Shown: positions 54,544 through 63,932, counted from the first letter of the stretch. The stretch: DNA of 64,000 bases from an uncultured virus (IMG/VR IMGVR_UViG_3300024269_000036) (IMGVR_UViG_3300024269_000036:1-64000), one strand, 5' to 3'. Program-made: numbers and translations. Notes: generated by a model not told the origin, from the letters alone.

Positions 54544-55356
54544 ATGATTAAAACACTTGAAATTAACTATAAGGCAAAGAATAGTGTTAATGACTATTAT
54601 TATCTTAGTGAGGATGAAAATGAGAAAAAAAGAAAACTTCTTCCTAAGAAGATTGAGTTTACACCGGGGTTGAATCTTGTTATTGGTGAAAACGGTTGTG
54701 GTAAGACGACATTGGTTGATATAATAACAAGGTTGACGCTTGCTCGTGGTGGCCTCAATAATGAATATACGTTTTGGGATGATGTAAAGATTTTTTATCC
54801 TGATTCATCAGGGTTTGACCCCGCTTATAAGCCGCAGGATATGTTCAGAATTGTCAATGATTATGATGCTCCTGTTCATAGAATGGATGATACGGGTGTG
54901 AAAAATAAGAGAGGCGGTTACAATTTTCAAAATTTCCGTGATTTTGCACAGTTTTTTTCTGAAGGAAAAATGAGCAAAGGACAGAGAATGATAAATACGC
55001 TTAAAATGGCAATCATTGAGGCCAATGAAAAAATGGGGGTATATACCAAAGATTCTTTGTTTCCTAAAAAACCGATGAATGATATGTGGACAAAGGCTGT
55101 TGAGAAAACGAAAGAGGCTATTGACGGTTTTAATGATGATACACTCCCAAAGAAAGCGGTTTTCATTATGGATGAACCTGATGAGGGGCTTGATGTGGAT
55201 AATCTTGCAGCATTGAGGGATTTTTTGGTTGATGCATCACAAACAGTGCAAATTATTGTTGTTCTTCATAATCAACTTCTTATTAAATCTCTTGCTAACA
55301 AAGCAAATATCATTGAATTATCTGAGGGATATTTGGATAAGATTAGACGATTTTAA
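54544..55356 (+). CDS. ABC/AAA-type ATPase
   Basis: GENGCGKTT, MSKGQ, FIMDEPDEGLD, VLH. Confidence 0.85.
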   Translation: MIKTLEINYKAKNSVNDYYYLSEDENEKKRKLLPKKIEFTPGLNLVIGENGCGKTTLVDIITRLTLARGGLNNEYTFWDDVKIFYPDSSGFDPAYKPQDMFRIVNDYDAPVHRMDDTGVKNKRGGYNFQNFRDFAQFFSEGKMSKGQRMINTLKMAIIEANEKMGVYTKDSLFPKKPMNDMWTKAVEKTKEAIDGFNDDTLPKKAVFIMDEPDEGLDVDNLAALRDFLVDASQTVQIIVVLHNQLLIKSLANKANIIELSEGYLDKIRRF

Positions 55357-55360
55357 AATA

Positions 55361-55395
55361 AAACGGGATGTGTCTCACGACAGGTCCCGTTTTTT
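55361..55395 (+). repeat. 35-bp hairpin/terminator repeat, copy 2
   Basis: Identical to 39810-39844. Confidence 0.85.
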
Positions 55396-55433
55396 CGTGT
55401 GTAAGTATATAATAAGTAAGTAAATGTTCAATA

Positions 55434-56057
55434 TTAACTATAAAATTCTTGAAAAGTAAAGGTTTGTATTGACCAGTTCCTAAGTGCTTCAACGTTAGTT
55501 CCTGAATTTAACTGACTTGCTTCCGATGGTTCATAATATCCAGATAATACAGCATAACCAGTCTGAGTTGTACAAATGTATACGAGATAACAGAGGTAAG
55601 AACCTATTGGCCATGTACTGTGTTTGCTTGTGTTAAGGGTTAATGTCGCACCTGTGGTATAAGTTGAGTTTAAAGTACCTGGTGAACAATAAAAAATAGA
55701 TGTACCTGTTTCCAATGAGCTATATTTTAACGAGGGGAGGGTTGAAGTTGTATATCTCCATCCATTTAATACTGTGTTTGATGTTAACGCACTAGTATAA
55801 AAATGAATTGTTAGTTTACCAATGTTTTTTGTCATAGACCAATCTTTGCTTGGTACAAGTTGTTTAGCATTATAGGCTGTTGAAATTGTTAAAGTATAAC
55901 CGGTTTTTGCTGCTGCAGTAATTTGGGCTTTTGTTGGACACATATCTAAACTTGGTATGTATGATGCGTTATTGATGTTCGTTGTGTTGAAACTGAACTT
56001 CCCTGTATTTTGCATTTCTCCTGCTGTGTATATAGCATTACTATTATCCGTCGCCAT
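55434..56057 (-). CDS. Thr/Ser-rich putative structural protein
   Basis: 207 aa; CPTKAQI...Y...QLVP. Confidence 0.55.
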   Translation of the reverse strand: MATDNSNAIYTAGEMQNTGKFSFNTTNINNASYIPSLDMCPTKAQITAAAKTGYTLTISTAYNAKQLVPSKDWSMTKNIGKLTIHFYTSALTSNTVLNGWRYTTSTLPSLKYSSLETGTSIFYCSPGTLNSTYTTGATLTLNTSKHSTWPIGSYLCYLVYICTTQTGYAVLSGYYEPSEASQLNSGTNVEALRNWSIQTFTFQEFYS

Positions 56058-56096
56058 ATGTATTTTACATTTTTACTTTTCGTTATTAAAATATAC

Positions 56097-56132
56097 ACTT
56101 GATTTATAACTATTTATAGTTATAAATCAAGT
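56097..56132. repeat. Perfect 17-bp inverted repeat in a divergent intergenic region
   Basis: ACTTGATTTATAACTAT-TT-ATAGTTATAAATCAAGT. Confidence 0.85.
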
Positions 56133-56222
56133 AAACAACTCACTTAGTTAAAAATAATTTCTCACATTTTTTGTTTAATCCAAAAGAAAACACTATCTTT
56201 GCAACAAAAATTATTTGGTTTT

Positions 56223-56888
56223 ATGAGTACATATGTTGTATCAATGATTGAGGTCCGTAATGGTGGAAAATGGGAACTCCTTAGAAAGTTTCGTCGTGAT
56301 GATTACCTTGCTTGCGAGGCAGATGGGGCATTTCCTAAAGACCTTACTTGGAAAATGTCGAAAGAGTATCTTGATGAGGGTGAGGAGCCAATTGAATTTG
56401 GGTATATTGAGGATACGACTCATTTTATGGAGGATTATGAAATTCAGGATTTCCTATTGAATAAAGAATATAATTTTGGATATATTGAATCAGACCTTGG
56501 CATGCCTAAGGATGCTTCACCTGAATTGGTAAAAAAATATAATGATTATGCGTCCAATGCATCAATACCTTCTTATTTTTATCTTATTGACCTTCTTGGG
56601 GCATATGGGGAAATGAAAGAACATTTCTTGGATACAGTGCCGAGATTAATGAAGGCTGACGAACTTAAGGATATAAATTGGAAACTTGACAGGCTTCTTC
56701 AAAATATTGGTTTTCATATATATGATGAGGAAACTGGTGATGATAATTTCAATGAATATGTTTTCAAGGAAAAATTCAATTTTCTTCTTAGGATTTATGG
56801 AGAAATCTGTCGAATTCGTACTTTGGTTGAACAGCAATATGGATGTCTTAAGGCGACTGACATACGTATAACTTGGTTTATATATTAA
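56223..56888 (+). CDS. Hypothetical protein
   Basis: Start MSTYVV after the promoter at 56170-56201; GMPKDAS and IRITWF. Confidence 0.7.
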   Translation: MSTYVVSMIEVRNGGKWELLRKFRRDDYLACEADGAFPKDLTWKMSKEYLDEGEEPIEFGYIEDTTHFMEDYEIQDFLLNKEYNFGYIESDLGMPKDASPELVKKYNDYASNASIPSYFYLIDLLGAYGEMKEHFLDTVPRLMKADELKDINWKLDRLLQNIGFHIYDEETGDDNFNEYVFKEKFNFLLRIYGEICRIRTLVEQQYGCLKATDIRITWFIY

Positions 56889-56892
56889 GAAC

Positions 56893-57705
56893 ATGAGGCT
56901 GATTATAAACGAAAATCAGTTACGAGTTCTTGTGAAAGAGGAACTTGGCGTTCTTCAAGGTGTTTATGATGAGGCTGTAAGGGTGTTTAAAACGATTGTC
57001 AATGATTTACCAAACAGGGAGAAAGAAGATGGTGGTTCATATACCATCCAAAGAGGTTCTGTTGGTGCTGAAATTGACGACCATCAGTTTAAAATTTCCT
57101 ATCAATATAGGAATTTCCTTAATAAGGAAGAAGTTGATAAATATGGGGAAAGTTGTTTGGTAACAGGTGGCTCTGCATATCTTGGACGATATCATATAAT
57201 ATGTAATATCAATTTATATGGTATTAATGGTACTATTGTTAAGGAAAAGGCGGTTGAAGTGATTCAACATGAATTGGAACATATCTTGCAGCAGTTTCGT
57301 TCTCAGAAAACAATTCCAAGCAATACGTTATATGCCAAGATGAGGAATGATATGGAATCGTCTGACGAAAAACGCCATAAGGTAGGTAGATTGATTTATG
57401 GTTGTCTTAAGTCTGAACAGGATGGCTTCATTAATGGGCTGTATTCGTATTGTATGGTTGATAATTTTGCAACGCCCCCATATGATTATAGCAACATAAG
57501 CAACAGTGAAGTCGGTAAGTTATATATTGAGTTAATTGAGATATTCGATGATGTAAAAAATGATATTGAATTGAAGAAGATTCTTAAAGAATACAAATGG
57601 AGTCTTAAAAAAGTGGAAAAGTGTATAAACGAACTTATACATAAAATAGGTAGAGTTCTCGTGAAAGTTAATAATGATAAATCTAAATTTGGTTGGAGGA
57701 TATAA
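56893..57705 (+). CDS. Putative virion-packaged protein with an HExxH motif
   Basis: MRLIINENQL..LVKEE N-terminus; IQHELEH. Confidence 0.6.
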   Translation: MRLIINENQLRVLVKEELGVLQGVYDEAVRVFKTIVNDLPNREKEDGGSYTIQRGSVGAEIDDHQFKISYQYRNFLNKEEVDKYGESCLVTGGSAYLGRYHIICNINLYGINGTIVKEKAVEVIQHELEHILQQFRSQKTIPSNTLYAKMRNDMESSDEKRHKVGRLIYGCLKSEQDGFINGLYSYCMVDNFATPPYDYSNISNSEVGKLYIELIEIFDDVKNDIELKKILKEYKWSLKKVEKCINELIHKIGRVLVKVNNDKSKFGWRI

Positions 57706-58433
57706 TGTTTAAGACAATTGTTACATCAGATTTACATGGTAATTTACCTACAGTTGTTGAGGAATTTGACCTCATGTTGATATGTGGTGATGTGGTTCCT
57801 GCGCATGACCATTATTTCTCATTTCAAAAAGAATGGGTGGAAAATGAGTTTGTTGAATGGATTCTGTCTCTCCCTTTTAAAAATGTGTGGAGTAAGGTGG
57901 TTATGACCCCGGGAAATCATGATATGGTTTTTGAACGTTGGAATGAGGATGATTATCAACGGCTTTCAATGTTGACTAATGGCCGTCTTGTGGTTCTCAG
58001 GAATAAAGAATACCGCTTTGAATATATTGATGACGGTTCAGGTATGCCATCATATTTAAAAATCTTCGGTACCCCATATTGTCAGATTTTTGGTAATTGG
58101 GCTTTTATGCGTTCTGATGCAAAATTAAGGAAGAAATTTGCTGAAATTCCTGAAGACCTTGATGTTCTTATAACCCATTCGGCACCTGATATTGAAGGCT
58201 ACGGATATGTTGATTGGGGCACACCATACAAACGTAATGCAGGCTGTCCAATTCTTGCTGCTGCAATTAAGGAAAAACAGCCACAGTATGTTTTTTGTGG
58301 ACATATACATTCAGGAAATCATAAACTACAAGTTGTTGATGGTACTGCAATTGCCAATGTTTCTTATGTTGATGAGGCTTATGAACCTCAGGATAATATG
58401 TTAAAACTATATTTGTCAGGGAGGATTGCATAA
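57705..58433 (+). CDS. Calcineurin-like metallophosphoesterase
   Basis: SDLHG, CGD, GNHD, LITH, GHIH. Confidence 0.88.
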   Translation: MFKTIVTSDLHGNLPTVVEEFDLMLICGDVVPAHDHYFSFQKEWVENEFVEWILSLPFKNVWSKVVMTPGNHDMVFERWNEDDYQRLSMLTNGRLVVLRNKEYRFEYIDDGSGMPSYLKIFGTPYCQIFGNWAFMRSDAKLRKKFAEIPEDLDVLITHSAPDIEGYGYVDWGTPYKRNAGCPILAAAIKEKQPQYVFCGHIHSGNHKLQVVDGTAIANVSYVDEAYEPQDNMLKLYLSGRIA

Positions 58434-59020
58434 TGACAAAAGAAGAGAGATTGGAGAAATTAAGAGAGTTAAAATATGAATCTGCTCTTATTGAACATAA
58501 AAGATATGATTTATATCGAGAGTGGCATAACGAGGTGAAAGATGATTTTGCATCGCAAGGTTACCCTTTATATGTTAAGATAAATCGGAGCAATAAAGGG
58601 AAAAACGAATATATGATGATTACGCATGCGGGTGGTGGTGTGATTGGTACCCCTGTTCGGGAGAACCCTCGTCTATTATCACCTGTAACAACACGTTTTT
58701 TATTTGAAGGAATCTGTTTGGATAAAACGGGTGACGGGTGGTATCATGTATATAATACCATACAGTTTAGTATTGATGATGAATATGAAATAATAACGAA
58801 AGAAGAGTTTGAAAAATATCTTAATGATTTTTTTGACACATGTTTAACTCCTACTGAAGAAAATATGAAAAGGGCTTATCATGAACTTGATTTGGAAGTC
58901 TTGCTTAAGAAATATCCGGAATATTTCAATAGAGAAGATGTTAAATTTTTCATTAATAGGTTCGATGCGCTTGATTATATCATAGATGATTCTGATGAGG
59001 ATTTTGATAATTGGATTTAA
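58433..59020 (+). CDS. Hypothetical protein
   Basis: 195-aa ORF, TAATG overlap. Confidence 0.65.
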   Translation: MTKEERLEKLRELKYESALIEHKRYDLYREWHNEVKDDFASQGYPLYVKINRSNKGKNEYMMITHAGGGVIGTPVRENPRLLSPVTTRFLFEGICLDKTGDGWYHVYNTIQFSIDDEYEIITKEEFEKYLNDFFDTCLTPTEENMKRAYHELDLEVLLKKYPEYFNREDVKFFINRFDALDYIIDDSDEDFDNWI

Positions 59021-59041
59021 TAAGAATAATAAAAAAATTAT

Positions 59042-59542
59042 ATGAATACAAGTATTGTAACAATAACTTTACCAAAAGAAGGGGGTAGAAAAGAATATGT
59101 CCTTGAAGACTATTGGTATTGTAAAAATATTTTAGATTTCACTCAAAGTTCCGAAAAACTAAAAATACATGTCAAATATTTAACTTGGGGAAAATATAAG
59201 ATTATTGTAGACGCAAAAGAAAAGTGGTTATCTGTGAATGAAACTTTTTTAAAATATACCATACCACTTAAAGGGAAAAAGGGGAATTTTAAAATAGATT
59301 TAACATTAGGCGAAGAACATGTTGTGGGTGTACTTGAAATAAAAGAAGTTAAATATGCCGTAGAAACTCCGTTTACTGTAAAATGGGGAGATAAACCGGA
59401 TAGGATTGATGTGAAAGGAGATATTATTCAAGATGCTTGTTGTATCTATCATTATAAACCGGGGGATAATGCCTCTATTACAGCATATAAGAATGATGTA
59501 GTTATTGGTGAGTTAAATATTGCATATGATATACGTTTATAA
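59042..59542 (+). CDS. Hypothetical protein
   Basis: 166-aa ORF. Confidence 0.6.
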   Translation: MNTSIVTITLPKEGGRKEYVLEDYWYCKNILDFTQSSEKLKIHVKYLTWGKYKIIVDAKEKWLSVNETFLKYTIPLKGKKGNFKIDLTLGEEHVVGVLEIKEVKYAVETPFTVKWGDKPDRIDVKGDIIQDACCIYHYKPGDNASITAYKNDVVIGELNIAYDIRL

Positions 59543-59897
59543 TTTAAGAGTGGAAACGCATAATGGCCCAAATAGTTTTTATGTTGGACGGGGCTCTGTT
59601 TTAGGTAATCCCTACACACATATAAAGGACCGTAAGACAAAAGCGATATATGTGGTAAAAGACAGGGAAGAGGCTATTGACCGTTATTCGGATTATTTTG
59701 ACATCATGTATGGTTCCAACATTGCTTATACCAAAGCGATTGATGAGATATATGAGATTTACAAAAGTGGTGAGGATGTCTATCTCGGTTGCTTCTGTAA
59801 ACCTCTCAGTTGCCATGCTGACATCATAAAGTCAAAACTTGAAAAACGGTTGATAAAAGAAAAAATTCAAAAGATTAAGAATGAGAACGTTATATAG
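59526..59897 (+). CDS. DUF4326-like protein
   Basis: YVGRGS.LGNPY...REEAI..Y...LGCFCKP..CHADII. Confidence 0.8.
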   Translation: MIYVYNLRVETHNGPNSFYVGRGSVLGNPYTHIKDRKTKAIYVVKDREEAIDRYSDYFDIMYGSNIAYTKAIDEIYEIYKSGEDVYLGCFCKPLSCHADIIKSKLEKRLIKEKIQKIKNENVI

Positions 59898-60774
59898 AAA
59901 CAATAAATGGGAGGGGATTTGGGATAACCCGAAATATGAAGAAATAAGAGAGAAAATACGCAGTTCATTTAATGGGCTTGTCTTTATTGAAGATGGACAT
60001 AAATATTTCCTTAACGGAAAGCCAATGACTTGTGTTTCAGATGTAACCCACCTTTTTCAAGAACATTTTGATTCTAAGATAAAGGCACAGGAGACTTATG
60101 AACGCAACTTCAATAATCCTAAGTCCAAGTATTATGGAATGACAGCCGATGAAATTTTGGCATCATGGAAAAAAATAAGCAATGAAGCATGTACAACGGG
60201 TACATTTAGGCATGAATTTGGGGAATCTTGTTTTTATTATATGATAGGGCAACATGATAAGATTCTCCCTGATTATAAGAATAGGTTAACTGAAGATGGG
60301 GGGTTTGTTGCTTATGACCCTAAGGAGGAGGCTGTTGTGAAATTCTATGAGGATATTCCGGAGTGCATTATTCCTATTATGGCAGAAACAAAGGTATATG
60401 ACGCTGATTTGGGTTATTCGGGGACATTTGATATTCTTTTTTATTATGATGCGGAGTTGGAAGGCAAGAAACCTGACAAAAGTGGGCTTATAGTAATGGA
60501 TTGGAAGACAAATGCGAATCTTTATAAGAATTTCAAAGAAAAGAAGTTACTTGTACCGTTTGAAGAATTGTTGGACATGCCTTTGAACTTATATAAGTTA
60601 CAACTTTCTTTATATCAGAATTGTCTCGAAAAGGTTGGGCTGAAAGTCATTGCTCGAAGAATATTATGGCTTAAGCCTGATGGTACATACGATAAGATTA
60701 ATCTTGAGGAATTTGTTGCCACACTTAAAGAAGCGTTGAAAAACAGAGAATTAAAACCATTAATACACGATTAA
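59881..60774 (+). CDS. PD-(D/E)XK nuclease (phage exonuclease-like)
   Basis: HKYF...VS, GT..HEF.E, E.KVY...SGTFDIL, MDWKT, Y.LQLSLY. Confidence 0.8.
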   Translation: MRTLYRNNKWEGIWDNPKYEEIREKIRSSFNGLVFIEDGHKYFLNGKPMTCVSDVTHLFQEHFDSKIKAQETYERNFNNPKSKYYGMTADEILASWKKISNEACTTGTFRHEFGESCFYYMIGQHDKILPDYKNRLTEDGGFVAYDPKEEAVVKFYEDIPECIIPIMAETKVYDADLGYSGTFDILFYYDAELEGKKPDKSGLIVMDWKTNANLYKNFKEKKLLVPFEELLDMPLNLYKLQLSLYQNCLEKVGLKVIARRILWLKPDGTYDKINLEEFVATLKEALKNRELKPLIHD

Positions 60775-60828
60775 TTATTTACAAAACTATTTAATAGAAT
60801 TATCTTTTTATAGAAAAAGTTTTTAATT

Positions 60829-61293
60829 ATGGACAATTACGATATTGAACTTATACGCAGGATGAATGAATACATCAAGGCTAATGAAGAGAAAAAGGTT
60901 AACAGTTTGAAAATCAAATGGACTGACAGCGATTCTAAGCGTGTTAAAGAAATTTTAGATGATATTAAAGCAAAGGAGAGCCCATTTGAACGTGATATGG
61001 CTGAAAGATATGCCAAGTTTGAGTCTTATAAAGAACTTAAAAATACTCCAAAAGAGTGGGAGACCACATTTAGTGTAGATTGTGAAGGGTCTGTTGAGAT
61101 TGATGACTATTATTCGCCGCTTAATATTCTTTACGCACAGTTGGCCACAATTCAGAGTGAGATTTTTATGGGGATAAAACAACGTAATTTCAGTGAAGCT
61201 GAGGATAAGTGGAAAAAAGTCACTGAAATGTTAGTGGATTCATATAATATGGCTGCAAAAGGTACTACTTATCGAATTCAATATACAAAATAA
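60829..61293 (+). CDS. Hypothetical protein
   Basis: 154-aa ORF. Confidence 0.65.
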   Translation: MDNYDIELIRRMNEYIKANEEKKVNSLKIKWTDSDSKRVKEILDDIKAKESPFERDMAERYAKFESYKELKNTPKEWETTFSVDCEGSVEIDDYYSPLNILYAQLATIQSEIFMGIKQRNFSEAEDKWKKVTEMLVDSYNMAAKGTTYRIQYTK

Positions 61294-61313
61294 TATTAAA
61301 ATATTTTTGAACA

Positions 61314-61589
61314 ATGGTAACGGAAAATAACGGAATAAAGACATATACATTTGCCCCTAAGAGTAGCATAAACGATGTTGAGAAATATGTTTTTAAGAAA
61401 GAATGGGGTTTTGGAAACATGGCAGTCCCTGCGGGTATGGAAATTTCAGTGGTACACGGTTGTGTGTATTATAATGGAGGGCTCCTTTCAGCGGAATATC
61501 AGCAAACATTTCTACGTTTGATTGAGACGGAAAAGCGAAAGGGTTTTCAATATCTTAAACCTGATATGCCAATCCATAATAAATGTTAA
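61314..61589 (+). CDS. Hypothetical protein
   Basis: 91-aa ORF. Confidence 0.6.
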   Translation: MVTENNGIKTYTFAPKSSINDVEKYVFKKEWGFGNMAVPAGMEISVVHGCVYYNGGLLSAEYQQTFLRLIETEKRKGFQYLKPDMPIHNKC

Positions 61590-61599
61590 ATTAAAAAAA

Positions 61600-61980
61600 A
61601 TGGAATCATTAAAAATTGGAAAAAATGAAAATAATTTTTTTTTAACGCACCATAGATGGTTGTTAAGAACAACCAAGGGAATGGAAATACCTGAATTAAG
61701 GATAACTAGTGTTAGTTTTGGGAATGCATCTTTAAAATTTGGTATTAGTCTTGGTACGGAAGATGATATTGATGCAATTATTTCTGAATTTGAAAATAAT
61801 CAAGATGTTTTAACTACTTTTGAATTCCTTTTGTTAGACCCTTGTGGAAAAGTTGTAAGAAAAAGAAAATTTGAAGACATGTGTTTTCACCGAGTGGATT
61901 TATCAAATCTACTTCATTTTGATTATGCTGATACCTCCCCTTTAATTTTAAACGTTGAGTATACAGAAAAGGATGCTTAA
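61600..61980 (+). CDS. Hypothetical protein, possibly a divergent tail-tube-like paralog
   Basis: RWLL...IPE...LLDPCGKVV.K..F....F......FDY pattern. Confidence 0.4.
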   Translation: MESLKIGKNENNFFLTHHRWLLRTTKGMEIPELRITSVSFGNASLKFGISLGTEDDIDAIISEFENNQDVLTTFEFLLLDPCGKVVRKRKFEDMCFHRVDLSNLLHFDYADTSPLILNVEYTEKDA

Positions 61981-61997
61981 ATTAAGCATCCTTTTCT
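61965..61997. terminator. Bidirectional terminator formed by two gene ends
   Basis: AGAAAAGGATGCTTAA-A-TTAAGCATCCTTTTCT. Confidence 0.7.
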
Positions 61998-62413
61998 TTT
62001 GGTAGATAGAGATAACATCTTCGTCCGTTACTTCGAACTTCCAACTCCATAAGTTTATTTGCCCAAGATTCTGTGTAGAACGAAAAATAGCATTTATTGT
62101 CATCTCCTAACCAAGCCCATAATATACTTGGGAGGCCTATAATAAGCAAGTATAAAACCCCAAGGTAATGGCTTTGTTTTACATGTCCCAATTCATGGCG
62201 TATTGTTGTTTCTCTTTTGGCGCAACTTGGGGAAAGATAAATGAAACAACCCAAAGAAATACCACCTCTCATCGCCTCACATTCATAAATCCAACAGTAG
62301 TTTTCTTTTCTAATCAGTTTTTTCTTTCCAAGAAATGGCCACATTACCAATGCGACAAGTACCTGTGGTAACTGCCATATAATAAAGAATATTTGTTTTA
62401 AAATTCCCCACAT
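61982..62413 (-). CDS. Membrane protein with HExxH motif
   Basis: WQLPQ, GGISLG, HELGH..QS..LG..YL, FYTE.WA. Confidence 0.7.
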   Translation of the reverse strand: MWGILKQIFFIIWQLPQVLVALVMWPFLGKKKLIRKENYCWIYECEAMRGGISLGCFIYLSPSCAKRETTIRHELGHVKQSHYLGVLYLLIIGLPSILWAWLGDDNKCYFSFYTESWANKLMELEVRSNGRRCYLYLPKEKDA

Positions 62414-62487
62414 GACTTAACTTATTTTTTAATAAATAGTTTTGTCTTTTGGAGAAAAAAACCTATATTTGCACAAAATTTAAATAT

Positions 62488-63258
62488 ATGGAAGATAACG
62501 CAAGACTTACAAAAGAAGAGTTTAATAACAGTACGATTATACGCAATATTTCTTATGACCAAAAAGAGATATTGTATAATATTATGACACTGCATAACGG
62601 TGGTAAACCATTTGATTGTGATATTACGGCCTCGACATTGAAATTCTATGAAGATAGAAAAGGTGAAGAATATCATATTCCTGAACCAAAGTACCTTTTT
62701 GATGTATTCCCTCAGTTTGATAGGGTTGGTAAAATCACCCCATTTGAAAAACTTCCGTTGGAAGATGAAAGCATCGAATCAATTGTCATTGACCTTCCAT
62801 TTGTGATTTCTCCTAAGGCTTGTCCAAGTGTTGTTAATAACAAAGAAGGTTCATCATTGATAGCCAAGAGATTTTCATCCTTTTATCCTGTGGGTGAACT
62901 TATGGAAAATGAATATTGGTGGATTAAAGAGGCTTATAGAGTCCTTAAACCCGGAGGAATCTGTGTTTTTAAAATGCAATCAACAGTTTCGGGTGGCTTG
63001 GAAATTTGGGCTGTACCATTTGCATTCATGTCTGCTCAGAAACTTGGTTTTTATGTTAAGGATGAGTTTATTCTTGAAGCAAAAGCAAGACTAATTTCTG
63101 CAGGTAAGTACAAGGCACAACAGCATGCAAGAAAATATACTTCAACATTTTGGGTTTTTGAAAAGAATGAGAAGAAGGCTAAGAAGACAAACCTTTTTAA
63201 CATTTTAGAGAATTGTGAAAATCAGGAACTTGAAGGTAAAGTTTGGGAGGTAAAGTAA
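62488..63258 (+). CDS. Putative DNA methyltransferase
   Basis: LPLEDESIESIVIDLPF (motif IV variant), EAYRVLKPGG..VFK; start MEDNAR after the promoter at 62441-62471. Confidence 0.7.
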   Translation: MEDNARLTKEEFNNSTIIRNISYDQKEILYNIMTLHNGGKPFDCDITASTLKFYEDRKGEEYHIPEPKYLFDVFPQFDRVGKITPFEKLPLEDESIESIVIDLPFVISPKACPSVVNNKEGSSLIAKRFSSFYPVGELMENEYWWIKEAYRVLKPGGICVFKMQSTVSGGLEIWAVPFAFMSAQKLGFYVKDEFILEAKARLISAGKYKAQQHARKYTSTFWVFEKNEKKAKKTNLFNILENCENQELEGKVWEVK

Positions 63259-63283
63259 TAATAAAAATTAAAAGTAGTTAATT

Positions 63284-63499
63284 ATGGAAATTTATAGTTA
63301 TGTATTAAAAACAGGTTCAGGTGACATTGAGCATAAAATTGTTATAGATAAAAACTATAATGATGCAATTGATTTTATTAAAAATGAAATGCCTTGGGAA
63401 TATGAAGCTTGGGCAAGTGAATGGGAGGATGAATGGGGGGAATATGATGGTTCAAACATTGATTATGGATGTTTTGATAAACAAATGATTAAACTATAA
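63284..63499 (+). CDS. Hypothetical acidic protein
   Basis: 71-aa ORF. Confidence 0.55.
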   Translation: MEIYSYVLKTGSGDIEHKIVIDKNYNDAIDFIKNEMPWEYEAWASEWEDEWGEYDGSNIDYGCFDKQMIKL

Positions 63500-63506
63500 A
63501 AGTAAT

Positions 63507-63932
63507 ATGAATGTAAAAGAAATATTGAGTGAACGGCTGCAAAATGATTTCAGGGCAGAACAGATGAAAACTGTTATATTGAATCGTATTGGTTTCTTAG
63601 AAAATGATTTATTGTCCTGTCCTTTTACTGATAGGAAATCACAAATAAAGGCTTATAAAGATTGTATCGATATTCTTAATAAAGAGTTTTATGAACTTCA
63701 GTTACCTTATGATATAAATCTTGAGACAAAACTTCATGATGTAAAGGAAACGATAGTAAATAAAATATATCCAATTGACGATAGAATGAGAGGTGCGAGA
63801 GAGTATAGGGCAAAGTATATGGAAAATCAAAGAAAAGCAGGAGAAATTGCCGATATAATTGAATCGCTTTGCTATGAGATGTTCATTCAAGGGTATGAAT
63901 ATGCAAATGAACAAAATAAAAAAACAGAGTAA
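63507..63932 (+). CDS. Hypothetical protein
   Basis: 141-aa ORF. Confidence 0.65.
   Translation: MNVKEILSERLQNDFRAEQMKTVILNRIGFLENDLLSCPFTDRKSQIKAYKDCIDILNKEFYELQLPYDINLETKLHDVKETIVNKIYPIDDRMRGAREYRAKYMENQRKAGEIADIIESLCYEMFIQGYEYANEQNKKTE

Noticed and set aside
34006..62487. ORF-track starts at 34006, 37684, 52991, 56199 and 62449
   Set aside because: They run through terminators or promoter boxes; downstream ATGs (34153, 37831, 53021, 56223, 62488) fit better.
852..63914. Numerous short antisense or alternate-frame ORFs in the supplied track (for example 27824-28306, 24820-25224, 43988-44389)
   Set aside because: They lie within longer, motif-bearing genes and look like shadow ORFs.
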